Positions 17,130-26,836 are shown, numbered from the stretch's first letter. The stretch is 64,000 nt of DNA from an uncultured Actinomycetota bacterium (GCA_963836215.1 CAWIIU010000005.1:690334-754333), one strand, 5' to 3'. Made by a program: numbers and translations. The notes: generated by a model not told the origin, from the sequence alone.

Positions 17130-17729
17130 TCAGGCAGCGTTGCGACGCTTGCGCGCGGCCCACATGATGCCGCCACCCGCGACGATGACCACGGCGGCAG
17201 CGCCGGCGATCAGCGGCGTGGAGCTGGACGAGCCGGTCTCGGCCAGGTCATCCGTGTTGGTGCTGGGGGCCGGGGCCGCCGGGGTGCTGGGCGCCTCCGA
17301 CGGGGTCGGCGCGGACGTGCTGGGCGTGTCCGACGGGGTCGGCGTGGGCGTCGGGGTCGGGGTGCTGTTGTCCTCGCACACCGGCGCCTTCTTGGTCTCG
17401 TCGCGCGAGAACTTGTCGCCGTCGCTCGCCTTCACGATGAGGCGGAGCGTGAGTTCCTTGTCGTGCTTGGGGAGCTCGATCTTCTTGTGGAAGTCGTTCT
17501 GGAACTTCTCGGTGGGCAGCAGGTCCTTGCCGTCCACGGTGATCGTCACGGTGTTCTCGGACCTGGAACCGTAGTTGGTGAGGTCGACACTCACGTCGGT
17601 GCAGGTCGCCTCCCACACCGGAGTGTGCGCCTGCGCGGGACCGGCAGCCAGGCCGACGCCGAAGACGCCGGCGGTCGCCACCGCTATGAGTGCCCCGGAA
17701 CGCCGCCACGATCTGTTGCTGGTTGTCAC
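17130..17729 (-). CDS. LAETG-anchored cell-surface protein (sortase substrate) with Pro/Thr linker
   Basis: GTG 17729 after GGAGG; signal peptide ending AQA; TPTPTP linker; LAETG + TM + RKRR tail. Confidence 0.88.
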   Translation of the reverse strand: MTTSNRSWRRSGALIAVATAGVFGVGLAAGPAQAHTPVWEATCTDVSVDLTNYGSRSENTVTITVDGKDLLPTEKFQNDFHKKIELPKHDKELTLRLIVKASDGDKFSRDETKKAPVCEDNSTPTPTPTPTPSDTPSTSAPTPSEAPSTPAAPAPSTNTDDLAETGSSSSTPLIAGAAAVVIVAGGGIMWAARKRRNAA

Positions 17730-17922
17730 TGATTCCTCCACTGTTGCCGCGCCACCCTTCTGGCGGTGCGCGCACAGTACCGCCAGACCCCCAGGGATGT
17801 GCACCCACCCCACCTATCTCTTGCAGCACTCACGTATCCCCACGGCGTGGGCGTGTCGGCGCAGTTGGCGTGAACCCTGCCGGCGGCGGAATCGTTCGCG
17901 GAGATTGTCCCGGGATACCCCG

Positions 17923-18480
17923 TCAGAACCCGTCCGACGGTGGCGCGGAACCGGACTTCGGGGCGGGATCGGGCTCAGGCTCCGGTTCGGCCTCGTTTGC
18001 GTAACGGGCCCGCGTCCAGGCCGGCAGGACGAACCAGCAGATGACGAACCAGAGGACCATGGCGGCCACGAGCCAGATGGCGAGCGTGTTGTGCAGGGCG
18101 ACGCGCAGGATGAGCAGCAGGGCGGAGGCCATCGTGCAGAGCAGCAGGCCGAGTCCGACGAGAGTGAGGCGGGAGGCCCACACGACGGTCTGCGGCTTCA
18201 GCCGCTGGCCGGTCACCAGCCGGTGGAACGACACCGGTCCTATGAGCGCGCCGGTCGTCGCCGCGCCCAGCATCACGGTGGCCAGATAGATGTCCTGATC
18301 CGTCTGGGAGAGCCCGGTGAACCGTGGCTGGAAGACGACCGTGAGCAGAAAGCCGAACAGAATCTGGACGCCGGTCTGGGCCACACGCAGTTCCTGCAGC
18401 AGTTCACCCCACCGCCGGTCGGCCCTTTCCTCCTCCGTCTCCTCCCGCCCGCGCTTGCGGCCGGCCTCCTCCTGCGCCAT
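17923..18480 (-). CDS. DUF6328-family membrane protein
   Basis: ERADRRWGELLQELRVAQTGVQILFGFLL, recognised from memory. Confidence 0.8.
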   Translation of the reverse strand: MAQEEAGRKRGREETEEERADRRWGELLQELRVAQTGVQILFGFLLTVVFQPRFTGLSQTDQDIYLATVMLGAATTGALIGPVSFHRLVTGQRLKPQTVVWASRLTLVGLGLLLCTMASALLLILRVALHNTLAIWLVAAMVLWFVICWFVLPAWTRARYANEAEPEPEPDPAPKSGSAPPSDGF

Positions 18481-18540
18481 CGACAACCTCCTGCTGTGTC
18501 CGGTGTGAATGCGTGCACGTCCGAATTCCGGCGCGGCAGA

Positions 18541-19335
18541 CTATGCGGCGTCCTGCATGATTTCGCGGCGCAGCCGGTCGCATGAATTGCTGATCAGCCT
18601 CGACACATGCATCTGGGAGATACCGAGGTCCTCGGCGATGCTGCTCTGGGTCATGTCGCGGAAGAAGCGCATGTAGAGGATGCGGCGTTCCCGCTCGGGC
18701 AGTTGACGCAGTCGCGGCTTGACGGCCTCGCGGTCGACGACGACATCGAGCGAGGGGTCGGGGCCGCCCATGGCGTCCACCATCGTGTACCCGCGGTCGC
18801 TGCCGGGGATCTCGGCGTCCAGGGAGAGCGTGGTGAACGAACCGATGGCCTCGAGGCCCGCTTTGGTCTCCTCCAGCGTCAGACCGGCCTCGGCCGCGAT
18901 CTCCGCCTCCGTCGGCGTATGGCCGGACGCGGTCTGGGCGAGTTCGTGCTGTGCGGCCCGGACCCGGTTGCGCTGGTCCTGGACGCGCCGCGGCACATGG
19001 AGGGTCCACATGTGGTCGCGGAAGTGGCGCTTCACCTCGCCGGTGATGGTGGGCACGGCGAAGCTGACGAAGACGGTGCCGCGGTCGGGGTCGTAGCGGT
19101 CGACGGCCTTGACCAGACCGAGTGCCGCAACCTGGCACAGGTCTTCCAGGTTCTCACCGCGGTTCCTGAACCGGCCGGCGAGCCGCCGCGCCATGGGCAG
19201 CCAGGCGTTCACCAGCTCCTGCCGCAGTTCGTCGCGCTCGGGACCGTCCGGCAGGGTGGCCAGCCTCGCGAAGGCGGCCTGGGTGTCGGGTGCGTCGTCG
19301 TGCGGATGCCTCGTGCTCGCGTGTGTGCGCATCAT
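18541..19335 (-). CDS. RNA polymerase sigma factor, SigB/SigF/SigG family
   Basis: EDLCQVAALGLVKAVDRYDP, FAVPTITGEVKRHFRD, MTQSSIAEDLGISQMHVSRL; start MMRTH with GAGGGAG RBS. Confidence 0.95.
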   Translation of the reverse strand: MMRTHASTRHPHDDAPDTQAAFARLATLPDGPERDELRQELVNAWLPMARRLAGRFRNRGENLEDLCQVAALGLVKAVDRYDPDRGTVFVSFAVPTITGEVKRHFRDHMWTLHVPRRVQDQRNRVRAAQHELAQTASGHTPTEAEIAAEAGLTLEETKAGLEAIGSFTTLSLDAEIPGSDRGYTMVDAMGGPDPSLDVVVDREAVKPRLRQLPERERRILYMRFFRDMTQSSIAEDLGISQMHVSRLISNSCDRLRREIMQDAA

Positions 19336-19458
19336 CTGCGCCACTCCCTCACGGTGCCAACGGGGATGGTTGCGACCGCGGATATACGGATTCATTGTCG
19401 CGCCAGGGGCGTGATACCGCTCCGCGAGCGTGCCTCCGGTCCGAAGCACAAAATGCGC

Positions 19459-19483
19459 CTGCCCCCGGAATGCGGCACCAAAC
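19459..19483 (-). promoter_or_regulatory. SigB-like promoter upstream of the sigma gene
   Basis: Minus strand GTTT-N15-GGGCAG. Confidence 0.55.
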
Positions 19484-19537
19484 AACCACTCAGGTTGACC
19501 GTTCAAGCAGCGAGCACTGATGCACGGGCGATGGTAT

Positions 19538-20440
19538 TCAGCTCAGGGAATCGAGCCGCTTACGGGCGGGACCGAGTGCCCGGCCGTGCGACAGCAGCCC
19601 TTCCCACGGCTTCGTGCGGGCCTGTTCGAGCACATCGGCCACGGTCCAGCGCCGGGCGGTGAGCTCGGGGTCCTTCAATTGGTCCCAGGTGATCGGAGTA
19701 GCGACCGGCGCCCCCCGCTTGGCGCGGATCGAATAGGGCGCGACGGCGGTCTGTGCGTAGGCGTTGCGCCCTGTGTCCAGAAACAGCCGGCCCTCCCTGG
19801 CCGCCTTGCGTACGGCGGTGGTCAGCCGGTCCGGATCCCGCTCGGCCAGTTTCGCGGCGACGTCCTGCGCGAAGGCACGTACCTCCTCGAAGTCCGCGTC
19901 GCCCGACAGCGGCACGATGATGTGCAGGCCACGGGACCCGGTCGTCATCAGTGCGGAGGGCAGACGTAGTTCACCGAGGAGTTCACCGAGCTGTTCCGCG
20001 GCCCGGCGCACGGTCTCGAAGTCGTCGTCACCGGGGTCGAGGTCGAAGACCATCCGGTCCGGACGGTGCAGGGTCGCCGCCTTCGACTGCCAGCGGTGGA
20101 AGGTGATGCAGGCCTGGTCGGCCAGGTGGAGCAGGGTCGCCGTGGAGTCGCAGACCGTGTGGACCACGGTCCCGCCCTCCTTGGCGACCTCCACACGGCG
20201 GACCCAGTCCGGGTAGCTGTCCGGCGTCTGCTTCTGCATGAAGCGCAGGCCGCCGATGCCGTCGGGGTGCCGCTCCAGCATCAGCGGCCTGTCCTTGAGG
20301 TGCGGCAACATGAAGGGAGCGACACGGCGGTAGTAGCCGACGATGTCTTCCTTGGTGAGCCCGTCCTCGGGGAACAGCAACTTGTCGGGCCGGTGGATGT
20401 CCACCGTGTGCCGTCCTGCCCGCACGCTGTGCGTGCTCAT
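19538..20440 (-). CDS. Stand-alone LigD polymerase (AEP primase-polymerase) domain protein
   Basis: RPDRMVFDLDP (DxD), TTGSRGLH, LFLDTGRN, APYSIRA; no ligase or phosphoesterase domain. Confidence 0.92.
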   Translation of the reverse strand: MSTHSVRAGRHTVDIHRPDKLLFPEDGLTKEDIVGYYRRVAPFMLPHLKDRPLMLERHPDGIGGLRFMQKQTPDSYPDWVRRVEVAKEGGTVVHTVCDSTATLLHLADQACITFHRWQSKAATLHRPDRMVFDLDPGDDDFETVRRAAEQLGELLGELRLPSALMTTGSRGLHIIVPLSGDADFEEVRAFAQDVAAKLAERDPDRLTTAVRKAAREGRLFLDTGRNAYAQTAVAPYSIRAKRGAPVATPITWDQLKDPELTARRWTVADVLEQARTKPWEGLLSHGRALGPARKRLDSLS

Positions 20441-20469
20441 CCTGCCTCCCTGGGTGGTGGCGCGCCGGC

Positions 20470-22314
20470 TCAGCGCACCATGGCCTCCCCCACCAGCAGC
20501 CGTACCGCGGCCGCGATCGATTCGGCGTCTATTCCGGACATGTGCAGCTGCTCCTCGGGGGTCGCCGACGCGGGCATGTTCCGCACGGCGAGCCGGACGA
20601 GGCGCGGCAGCGGACGGCCGTCCGCCAGGGCATCTGCCACGGCGTCGCCGATGCCGCCCTCCGGACGGTGGTCCTCCACCGTCATCAGGCAGCCGGTGAC
20701 GTCGGCCGCCTCCTGCAGTGTGGCGGCGTCGACCGGCTTGACCGAGTAGAGGTCGACGACGCGCAGGCCGATCCCCTCGGCCTCCAGCTGGTCGGCCGCC
20801 CGGAGCGCCTCGTGGACGGTCGCTCCGGCGGCGACGACCGTGACCCGGTCGTTCCCGCCCGAGCGGAGCACCTTGGAGCCGCCGACGGGGAACTCCTCGT
20901 CGGGGCCGTAGACGACCGGCAGGTCGCCCCTGGTGGTGCGCAGATAGCTGATGCCCGGCAGGTCGGCCATGGCGGCCACCAGGTGTCCGGTCTGGTTGGC
21001 GTCACAGGGGTAGAGCACCGTGCTGCCGTGCACGGCCCGGAACATCGCCAGATCCTCGAGTCCCATCTGGGACGGCCCGTCCTGCCCGATGGTGACGCCC
21101 GCGTGCGAGCCGATCAGGTTGATCGAGGCCTCGCTCACGGCTGCCATCCGCACGAAGTCGTGGGCGCGTGTCAGAAAAGCGGCGAAGGAACAGGCGTACG
21201 GAATGTAGCCGCGGGTCTGCATCCCCACCGCCGCGGCCACGAGCTGCTGTTCGGCGATGTAGCACTCGAAGAAGCGGTCGGGGTGCGCCTTGGCGAAGGC
21301 CTCCGTGCGCGTCGAGTCGCTGACCTCGCCGTCCAGGACCACGACCTGCGGCCGTACGGATCCGAGAGCGGCAAGCGCTTCGCCGAAGGCGTCGCGGGGA
21401 GCGGCCGACGACCCGATGTCGTACCTCGGCAACTCCGGCCGTCCCGTGCTGGATCCGTACAGGACCTGCGCCGCCGGCGGAGGTGTCACCCTGACGTCGA
21501 TGAAGCGCGGGCCGCCCAGTTCGGCGATGGCCTGCTCGGCGTCCGGCAGGGGCTTGCCGTGCTTGCCCTCGCGGTCCTCGACCTCCCCGACGCCGCGGCC
21601 CTTGTGGGTCCGGGCGATGATCGCGGTGGGCCGGCGGACCGTGGCCGTCGCCTCGTCCAACGCCGAGTCGATGGCGCCCACATCGTGTCCGTCGATCTCG
21701 ACGGTGTGCCAGCCGAAGGCGTCCAGCCTGCGGGCGTAGGCGTCGAGGTCCCACTCGTGGCGGGTGGGCCCGCGCTGCCCGAGCCGGTTGACGTCGATGA
21801 TCAGCGTCAGGTTGTCCAACTGCTCGTACGCCGCCTGCTCGACGGCCTCCCACACCGAGCCCTCGGCCATCTCGCTGTCGCCGGACACCACCCACACCCG
21901 GTAGGGGATCCGGTCGAGCCGCTTGCCGGCCAGGGCCGTGCCGACGCCGACGGGCAGCCCCTGCCCGAGCGATCCCGTCGCCACGTCCACCCAGGGCAGC
22001 CGGGGGGTGGGATGGCCCTCGAGACGGCTGTCGAGCCGTCGGAACGTGAGCAGTTCCTCGTCGTCGATCACGCCGGCCGCGCGGTAGAGGGCGTAGAGAA
22101 GCGGCGAGGCATGTCCCTTGGAGAGGATCAGCCGGTCGTTGCCCGGATGGTCGGGGTGGTCGAAGTCGTAGCGCAGATGGTTGGCGAGCAGCACCGCACC
22201 CAGATCGGCGGCCGACATGGAGGACGTCGGATGCCCGGACCCGGCGGCGTCGGCGGCGCGGACGGCGTCCACCCGCAACTGCTGCCCCAGCTCTGCCAGT
22301 TGTTCGTTACGCAT
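20470..22314 (-). CDS. tkt: Transketolase, single-chain short type (614 aa)
   Basis: GSGHPTSSMS, SKGHASPLLY, ATGSLGQG, GDSEMAEGSVWEA...DVN, SHAGVTIGQDGPSQM. Confidence 0.93.
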   Translation of the reverse strand: MRNEQLAELGQQLRVDAVRAADAAGSGHPTSSMSAADLGAVLLANHLRYDFDHPDHPGNDRLILSKGHASPLLYALYRAAGVIDDEELLTFRRLDSRLEGHPTPRLPWVDVATGSLGQGLPVGVGTALAGKRLDRIPYRVWVVSGDSEMAEGSVWEAVEQAAYEQLDNLTLIIDVNRLGQRGPTRHEWDLDAYARRLDAFGWHTVEIDGHDVGAIDSALDEATATVRRPTAIIARTHKGRGVGEVEDREGKHGKPLPDAEQAIAELGGPRFIDVRVTPPPAAQVLYGSSTGRPELPRYDIGSSAAPRDAFGEALAALGSVRPQVVVLDGEVSDSTRTEAFAKAHPDRFFECYIAEQQLVAAAVGMQTRGYIPYACSFAAFLTRAHDFVRMAAVSEASINLIGSHAGVTIGQDGPSQMGLEDLAMFRAVHGSTVLYPCDANQTGHLVAAMADLPGISYLRTTRGDLPVVYGPDEEFPVGGSKVLRSGGNDRVTVVAAGATVHEALRAADQLEAEGIGLRVVDLYSVKPVDAATLQEAADVTGCLMTVEDHRPEGGIGDAVADALADGRPLPRLVRLAVRNMPASATPEEQLHMSGIDAESIAAAVRLLVGEAMVR

Positions 22315-22315
22315 C

Positions 22316-23638
22316 TCAGTGCTCCTTGGAAGAACCGCCCGGCATCCTGGCCGGCTCCGGCGACGCGCTGTCCAGCGGCACCGATCCGGAGCGCACGAGG
22401 CCCAGCTGGACGGACTGACGCGGCAGTGCGGCGTCGAGCAGCCAGTCGGCCGCGACGCGCACCCGGTTGCCCGGCATGGCGGCGAGGTGGTAGCCGCGGG
22501 TGACCGCTCCGGCGAGCGGCCCGGACAGCGGTACGCCCAGGGGGTTCGCCGCTGCCTGGACGCCACCGAGGTCGACGGCGAACCCGAGGTCGTGGTGGTC
22601 GTACGGCTGCTTCTCACCGTGGCCGACGGACGCGGCGACATTGCGGCCGGCCAGCCTCCCCTGGCGCGAGGCGTGCTGGGCCGTCATCGGGGTGTACTCC
22701 CCCGGTCTGGTCGGATCCGGCACGGCGGCGGCGTCGCCGCAGGCGAAGAGCTCGGGGTGACCCGGCACGTTCAGTGTGGCGTCCACGAGCAGCCGGCCGC
22801 GCTCGGCGGGCAGTCCGACAGCGGTGACCAGCGGGTCGGGGCGGACGCCGACGCACCAGATGAGGGTGCGCGTATCGACGAACTCACCGTCGTCCAGCCG
22901 CACTCCGGAGCCGGTGGCCTCTTCGACCGAGGTTCCGGTCCGCACCTCGACACCCCGGCTGCGCAGCACGCGGTCAGCGGTCGTGGAGAGCCGGCGGTCC
23001 AGCTCCGGCAGCACGCGTTCGGCGATGTCGAGCAGGACCCAGCGCGGCGGGCGGGCATCACCCCCGGAGGGCTGCCTGCGCGCCAGGGCGTCGGTGAACA
23101 GCTTGCCCTGGGCGGCCACTTCCGTGCCCGTGTAGCCCGCGCCGACGACGACGAAGGTCCGCCGGGCAGCGCTCTGGCGCGCGGGACCCGAGGCGGCCAG
23201 CTCGATCTGCCGGGTGATGTGGTCGCGCAGGTACAGCGCTTCGGGCAGCCCGCGGAAACCGTGCGCGTGCTCGGCGATGCCCGGTACCGGCAGCAGCTTG
23301 TTGACACTGCCGACGGCGAGAACCAACCGGTCGTACCGCAGCTCCCCCTGTCCGTTCTCCGGATCGGTGTAGCGGACCGTTCGGGCCGGCAGATCGACAC
23401 CGTCGGCCTCCCCCAGCACGAGACGCACCCCCGGCAGCGCATCCGGGATCGAGACCGTCACCCGACGGGGTTCCAGGATGCCCACGGCCACCTGCGGCAG
23501 CAGCGGCAGATACAGGAAGTAGTCGGTCGGGTTCAGCAGGACGATCTCGGCTCTGTCCCGCAGGGTCCGGGAGAGCGTGCGGGCGGCCTGGAAACCGGCG
23601 AACCCGGCCCCTACGACGACGACGCGGGTGCGATTCAC
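22316..23638 (-). CDS. NAD(P)/FAD-dependent oxidoreductase, type II NADH dehydrogenase-like
   Basis: VVGAGFAG, YDRLVLAVGS, VVGAGYTGTEVAA, FACGDAAAVP, PMTAQHA; stop lies 1 nt before the tkt ATG. Confidence 0.9.
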   Translation of the reverse strand: MNRTRVVVVGAGFAGFQAARTLSRTLRDRAEIVLLNPTDYFLYLPLLPQVAVGILEPRRVTVSIPDALPGVRLVLGEADGVDLPARTVRYTDPENGQGELRYDRLVLAVGSVNKLLPVPGIAEHAHGFRGLPEALYLRDHITRQIELAASGPARQSAARRTFVVVGAGYTGTEVAAQGKLFTDALARRQPSGGDARPPRWVLLDIAERVLPELDRRLSTTADRVLRSRGVEVRTGTSVEEATGSGVRLDDGEFVDTRTLIWCVGVRPDPLVTAVGLPAERGRLLVDATLNVPGHPELFACGDAAAVPDPTRPGEYTPMTAQHASRQGRLAGRNVAASVGHGEKQPYDHHDLGFAVDLGGVQAAANPLGVPLSGPLAGAVTRGYHLAAMPGNRVRVAADWLLDAALPRQSVQLGLVRSGSVPLDSASPEPARMPGGSSKEH

Positions 23639-23697
23639 GATCGACTCCGGCTCACGGTCGGCTCCGGCGTGGACGGGATGGTGCTCGGGCCTGGCGA

Positions 23698-23722
23698 GTG
23701 CCCATGGGCCCTCCCGCCAAAC
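23698..23722 (-). promoter_or_regulatory. SigB-like promoter upstream of ndh-tkt-LigD-Pol
   Basis: Minus strand GTTT-N15-GGGCAC, 59 nt before the start. Confidence 0.6.
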
Positions 23723-23740
23723 CGCCGGACGGGCGCCCCC

Positions 23741-23965
23741 TCACTCGTACCGACGGTCGCGCCCCTCGTCGACCACGGGCGTCGTGGGCGGGACGACGAC
23801 GCGCCGGCGTTTGGCGATGCTGCTGAACGTGACGACGCCGATGATGCCCACGGCCATGAGGATCAGGCCGATCACATCGAGATTGGCGCCCTTCATCTCC
23901 CAGTCGGTCGCGAACGTGAGGATCGCGCCGACGGCGATGAGGATGATGCAGCCACCCAGACCCAT
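23741..23965 (-). CDS. DUF6458-family small membrane protein (74 aa)
   Basis: MGLGGCIILIAVGAILTFATDW..., two TM helices; AGGTGAG RBS. Confidence 0.8.
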   Translation of the reverse strand: MGLGGCIILIAVGAILTFATDWEMKGANLDVIGLILMAVGIIGVVTFSSIAKRRRVVVPPTTPVVDEGRDRRYE

Positions 23966-24005
23966 CTGACTCACCTTTCCTGTACGGACGGTTGGTCTCT
24001 CGCGG

Positions 24006-24030
24006 GTACCCGCGCCCGACCCCGATATCC
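24006..24030 (-). promoter_or_regulatory. SigB-like promoter for the DUF6458 gene
   Basis: Minus strand GGAT-N15-GGGTAC, 40 nt before the start. Confidence 0.5.
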
Positions 24031-24079
24031 CCCGCAACCCGCTGTGGCTGCCGGGTGCGCAGCGATCTCCCCGCACCTC

Positions 24080-24104
24080 GCATGGGACCGCCGACGGCGG
24101 GTAC
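24080..24104 (+). promoter_or_regulatory. SigB-like promoter for CBS-pfpI
   Basis: GCAT-N15-GGGTAC, 56 nt before ATG 24161. Confidence 0.5.
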
Positions 24105-24160
24105 TGCGAGCGACGTCGGAGACCGTCCGACTCCCCCGCGACGAAGAGGGCGAGGAGCCA

Positions 24161-24579
24161 ATGGCACAGCTGGTGAGGGAAGTGATGACGGCCGGGGTCA
24201 CGGCGGTCCGTCCGGATGCCTCACTCGTCGAGGCGGCGCGCCTGATGCGTTCGCTGGACGTCGGAGACGTGCTGGTCGCCACGGCGACCGGATCGTGGGA
24301 GTCGTCACCGACCGCGACATCGTTCTGCGGGCGGTCGCGGACGGCATCGACCCGGCGACCGTGAGCGCCGAATCGGTGTGCAGCGCGGACCCCGTCTGCA
24401 TCGATCCCGACGCGGAGGTCTCGACCGCGATCCGGCTCATGCGGACCCACGCGGTGCGCCGGCTGCCGGTCGTCGAGGCCGGGCGCCCGTTCGGCATGGT
24501 GAGCATCGGGGACCTCGCCGTCGCGCAGGATCCGCAGTCGGCGCTCGCCGACATCAGCATGGCGGACAGGAACAACTGA
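24161..24579 (+). pseudogene. CBS-domain protein with an apparent 1-nt deletion (or a sequence error)
   Basis: MAQLVREVMT...GDVLVA continues in another frame as GDRIVGVVTDRDIV...ADRNN*; adding one base at 24280/24281 gives a 139-aa CBS pair. Confidence 0.85.
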
Positions 24580-24610
24580 ACGACCGATCAAGGAGCGAAG
24601 GGAGCGACCC

Positions 24611-25156
24611 ATGAAGATCGCGTTTCTGGTGGCGCCCGAGGGCACCGAACAGATCGAACTGACCGACCCGTGGCAGGCGGTCACGGACTCCGGCGACATC
24701 CCGTCGCTGGTCTCCACGGAGCCGGGCCGCATCCAGGCCTTCCATCACCTCGACAAGGCGGACACCTTCCCGGTGGACCAGGTCGTCGGCGACGCGACGG
24801 TGGACGACTTCGGTGCCCTGGTGCTGCCGGGCGGGGTGGCCAACCCCGATCTCCTGCGGACCGACGAGCAGGCCGTCGCGTTCGTACGCGCCTTCTTCGA
24901 GGCGGGCAAGCCGGTCGCGGCGATCTGTCACGCGTCCTGGACGCTGGTCGAGGCGGATGTGCTGTCCGGGCGCACGCTCACGTCCTGGCCGAGCCTGCGG
25001 ACGGACATCCGCAACGCGGGCGGCATCTGGGTGGACGAGCAGGTCAAGATCTGCGACAGCGGCCCGAACACGCTGATCACCAGCCGGAAGCCGGACGACC
25101 TCAAGGCGTTCGAGGCGGCGTTCACCGAGGTGTTCGCCCGTCACTCCGGCAGCTGA
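24611..25156 (+). CDS. PfpI/DJ-1 family (type 1 glutamine amidotransferase-like) protein
   Basis: GTEQIE, LVLPGGVANPD, AAICH, TSRKPDDL. Confidence 0.93.
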   Translation: MKIAFLVAPEGTEQIELTDPWQAVTDSGDIPSLVSTEPGRIQAFHHLDKADTFPVDQVVGDATVDDFGALVLPGGVANPDLLRTDEQAVAFVRAFFEAGKPVAAICHASWTLVEADVLSGRTLTSWPSLRTDIRNAGGIWVDEQVKICDSGPNTLITSRKPDDLKAFEAAFTEVFARHSGS

Positions 25157-25186
25157 GGTCCGGCATCCGTGCGGCCTGAACACCGC

Positions 25187-25216
25187 GGCCCGCGCTCACC
25201 CCCGGGAGCGCGGGCC
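25187..25216. terminator. Intrinsic terminator between convergent genes
   Basis: GGCCCGCGCTC-N8-GAGCGCGGGCC 11-bp inverted repeat. Confidence 0.7.
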
Positions 25217-25221
25217 GGCCC

Positions 25222-25494
25222 TCACTCGGCTCCCTTGGCCTCCGGGTCCTCTCCCGACCGTGCCCGGGCGCCCGCCCGGGTCCTGCCGGGGGATACGGGG
25301 CGGTCGGGGTGACGGCGTACGTACTCCGCCTCCAGCTGCGCCATCCGGGTGGTGTGGGCGGCGAGCGCGGCAGGCGAGCCGTGCAGCAAGGTGTCGTGCC
25401 GGCTCCGGTGGATGTTCTCCAGCTCCCGGAGAAGCTCCTGCTCCCCCAGGCGCTCCGCGTCGATGCCTCTGGACTGGTTGTCGGACTGCGTCAT
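25222..25494 (-). CDS. DUF6158-family protein
   Basis: LLRELENIHRSRHDTLLHGS...MAQLEAEYVRRHP, recognised from memory; GGAAGGAG RBS. Confidence 0.8.
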   Translation of the reverse strand: MTQSDNQSRGIDAERLGEQELLRELENIHRSRHDTLLHGSPAALAAHTTRMAQLEAEYVRRHPDRPVSPGRTRAGARARSGEDPEAKGAE

Positions 25495-25546
25495 GGCAGC
25501 CGTCTCCTTCCGTGCGCGGGCTCCGTGTGTGCTCCTGAGCCTGCGG

Positions 25547-25569
25547 GTACCCGCCTCACCGCACTATCC
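25547..25569 (-). promoter_or_regulatory. SigB-like promoter for the DUF6158 gene
   Basis: Minus strand GGAT-N13-GGGTAC, 52 nt before the start. Confidence 0.4.
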
Positions 25570-25769
25570 GGCCCTCTCGCGGGAGGCAATGCAACTCGGA
25601 ACCTCCGCGCGCCTCGGTCCTCCCGCGCGCCTCGGTGCGACTCGCGGGGACGCCTGCCTGAGGGGAGGATGAGGTGCGGCCCGATCCCGGTCGCACCCGG
25701 CCCCCAGGTTCGCGGCCTCATGTCCCGGGCATGCCGAGGGCGCCGCGCACACCTCAGGACACGAGAGCG

Positions 25770-26576
25770 ATGGACGAGAAGAAGCGACCCGCCCGGCCCC
25801 CCGGCACGATCTCGAGTGCGGACATGTTCGGCGCGCCGTGCTGGGTCAGCCTCATGGCCCGGAACCTGAAGGCCTCCCAGGACTTCTACGGCTCCGTTCT
25901 GGGGTGGCAGTTCCGCCGCGGCGGCCTCGGGGACGAATTCAGCGTCGCCTTCCACGAGGGCAGACCCGTCGCCGGTATCGGAGCTCTGGCCCCCAGGCTT
26001 CAGGTCGCCGTCACCTGGACCCCGTACTTCGCCATCGGCGACGCGGACCTGGCGGCCGCGCGCATCCGCGAGCGGAGCGGGACGGTCGCCGTCGGCCCGC
26101 TCGCCTTCTCGCTGGGACGCGGCGCGCTGGCCGCCGACCGTGACGGCGCCGTCTTCGGCATCTGGGAGGGGGCGCTCATCCCCAACTGGCAGTCCGGGCA
26201 CAAGGACGCACCCGCCTGGCTCCTGCTGCGGACCCGTAACGCCTTCGACGCCGCGATCTTCTACGGAGAGGTCCTGGACTGGGCGGGCGACCGTCCCGGC
26301 GGCTGCGACGTGAGCTACGAGAACGACGAGGTCGTCCTGCACAGCAACGGCCATGTGCTGGCCCGCCTGAGCTCCGGTGCGACGGGAGCGGCGCCCGATC
26401 CGCTGCTCCGCCCCCGGTGGGATGTGCATTTCCCGGTCTCCGATCTCGATGCCACGGTTGCGGCCGTGCGGGAGCACGGCGGCACCGTCATGGCGCAGCG
26501 GGTGACCCGGGAAGGCCGGGAGGCCGCGGTCCGTGACCCCGACGGAGCCCTGTTCACTCTCACCGGCCGCGACTGA
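25770..26576 (+). CDS. VOC/glyoxalase family protein (two VOC domains)
   Basis: GAPCWVSL...FYGSVLGW, WTPYFA, AAIFYGEVLDW, DPDGALFTL. Start could be 25770 or 25824. Confidence 0.88.
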   Translation: MDEKKRPARPPGTISSADMFGAPCWVSLMARNLKASQDFYGSVLGWQFRRGGLGDEFSVAFHEGRPVAGIGALAPRLQVAVTWTPYFAIGDADLAAARIRERSGTVAVGPLAFSLGRGALAADRDGAVFGIWEGALIPNWQSGHKDAPAWLLLRTRNAFDAAIFYGEVLDWAGDRPGGCDVSYENDEVVLHSNGHVLARLSSGATGAAPDPLLRPRWDVHFPVSDLDATVAAVREHGGTVMAQRVTREGREAAVRDPDGALFTLTGRD

Positions 26577-26594
26577 GCGCCGCCCGGGCGGCGC
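26577..26594 (+). terminator. Palindrome directly after the VOC stop, possible terminator
   Basis: GCGCCGCCCGGGCGGCGC perfect 18-bp palindrome. Confidence 0.4.
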
Positions 26595-26836
26595 CGGGGG
26601 CTGATGGGCCCAACCGTCCGGCGCCTGGTTTCCTCGCGCGAAGGGAACGTGCTGTCGGGGTACCTCGATCATCCCGGGCGAAACACCCGGGACCTGGCCG
26701 GTCGGGGACGTTCACGCAATCGGGCGGCGCCCTCCGCAGGCCGTGCCGTACCGGGCTCGCGCCCGTAGAATCCGGAGCGGAGGATGCGATCACGCGGTGT
26801 CGTGGCCACCTGCCCGGGATGGGAGACCTTCTGATC

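Noticed and set aside
26595-26836. ANTAR target dual-hairpin RNA upstream of the ANTAR-PP2C gene
   Set aside because: I could not find two stems with ANNG-type hexaloops by eye; a covariance-model search is needed.
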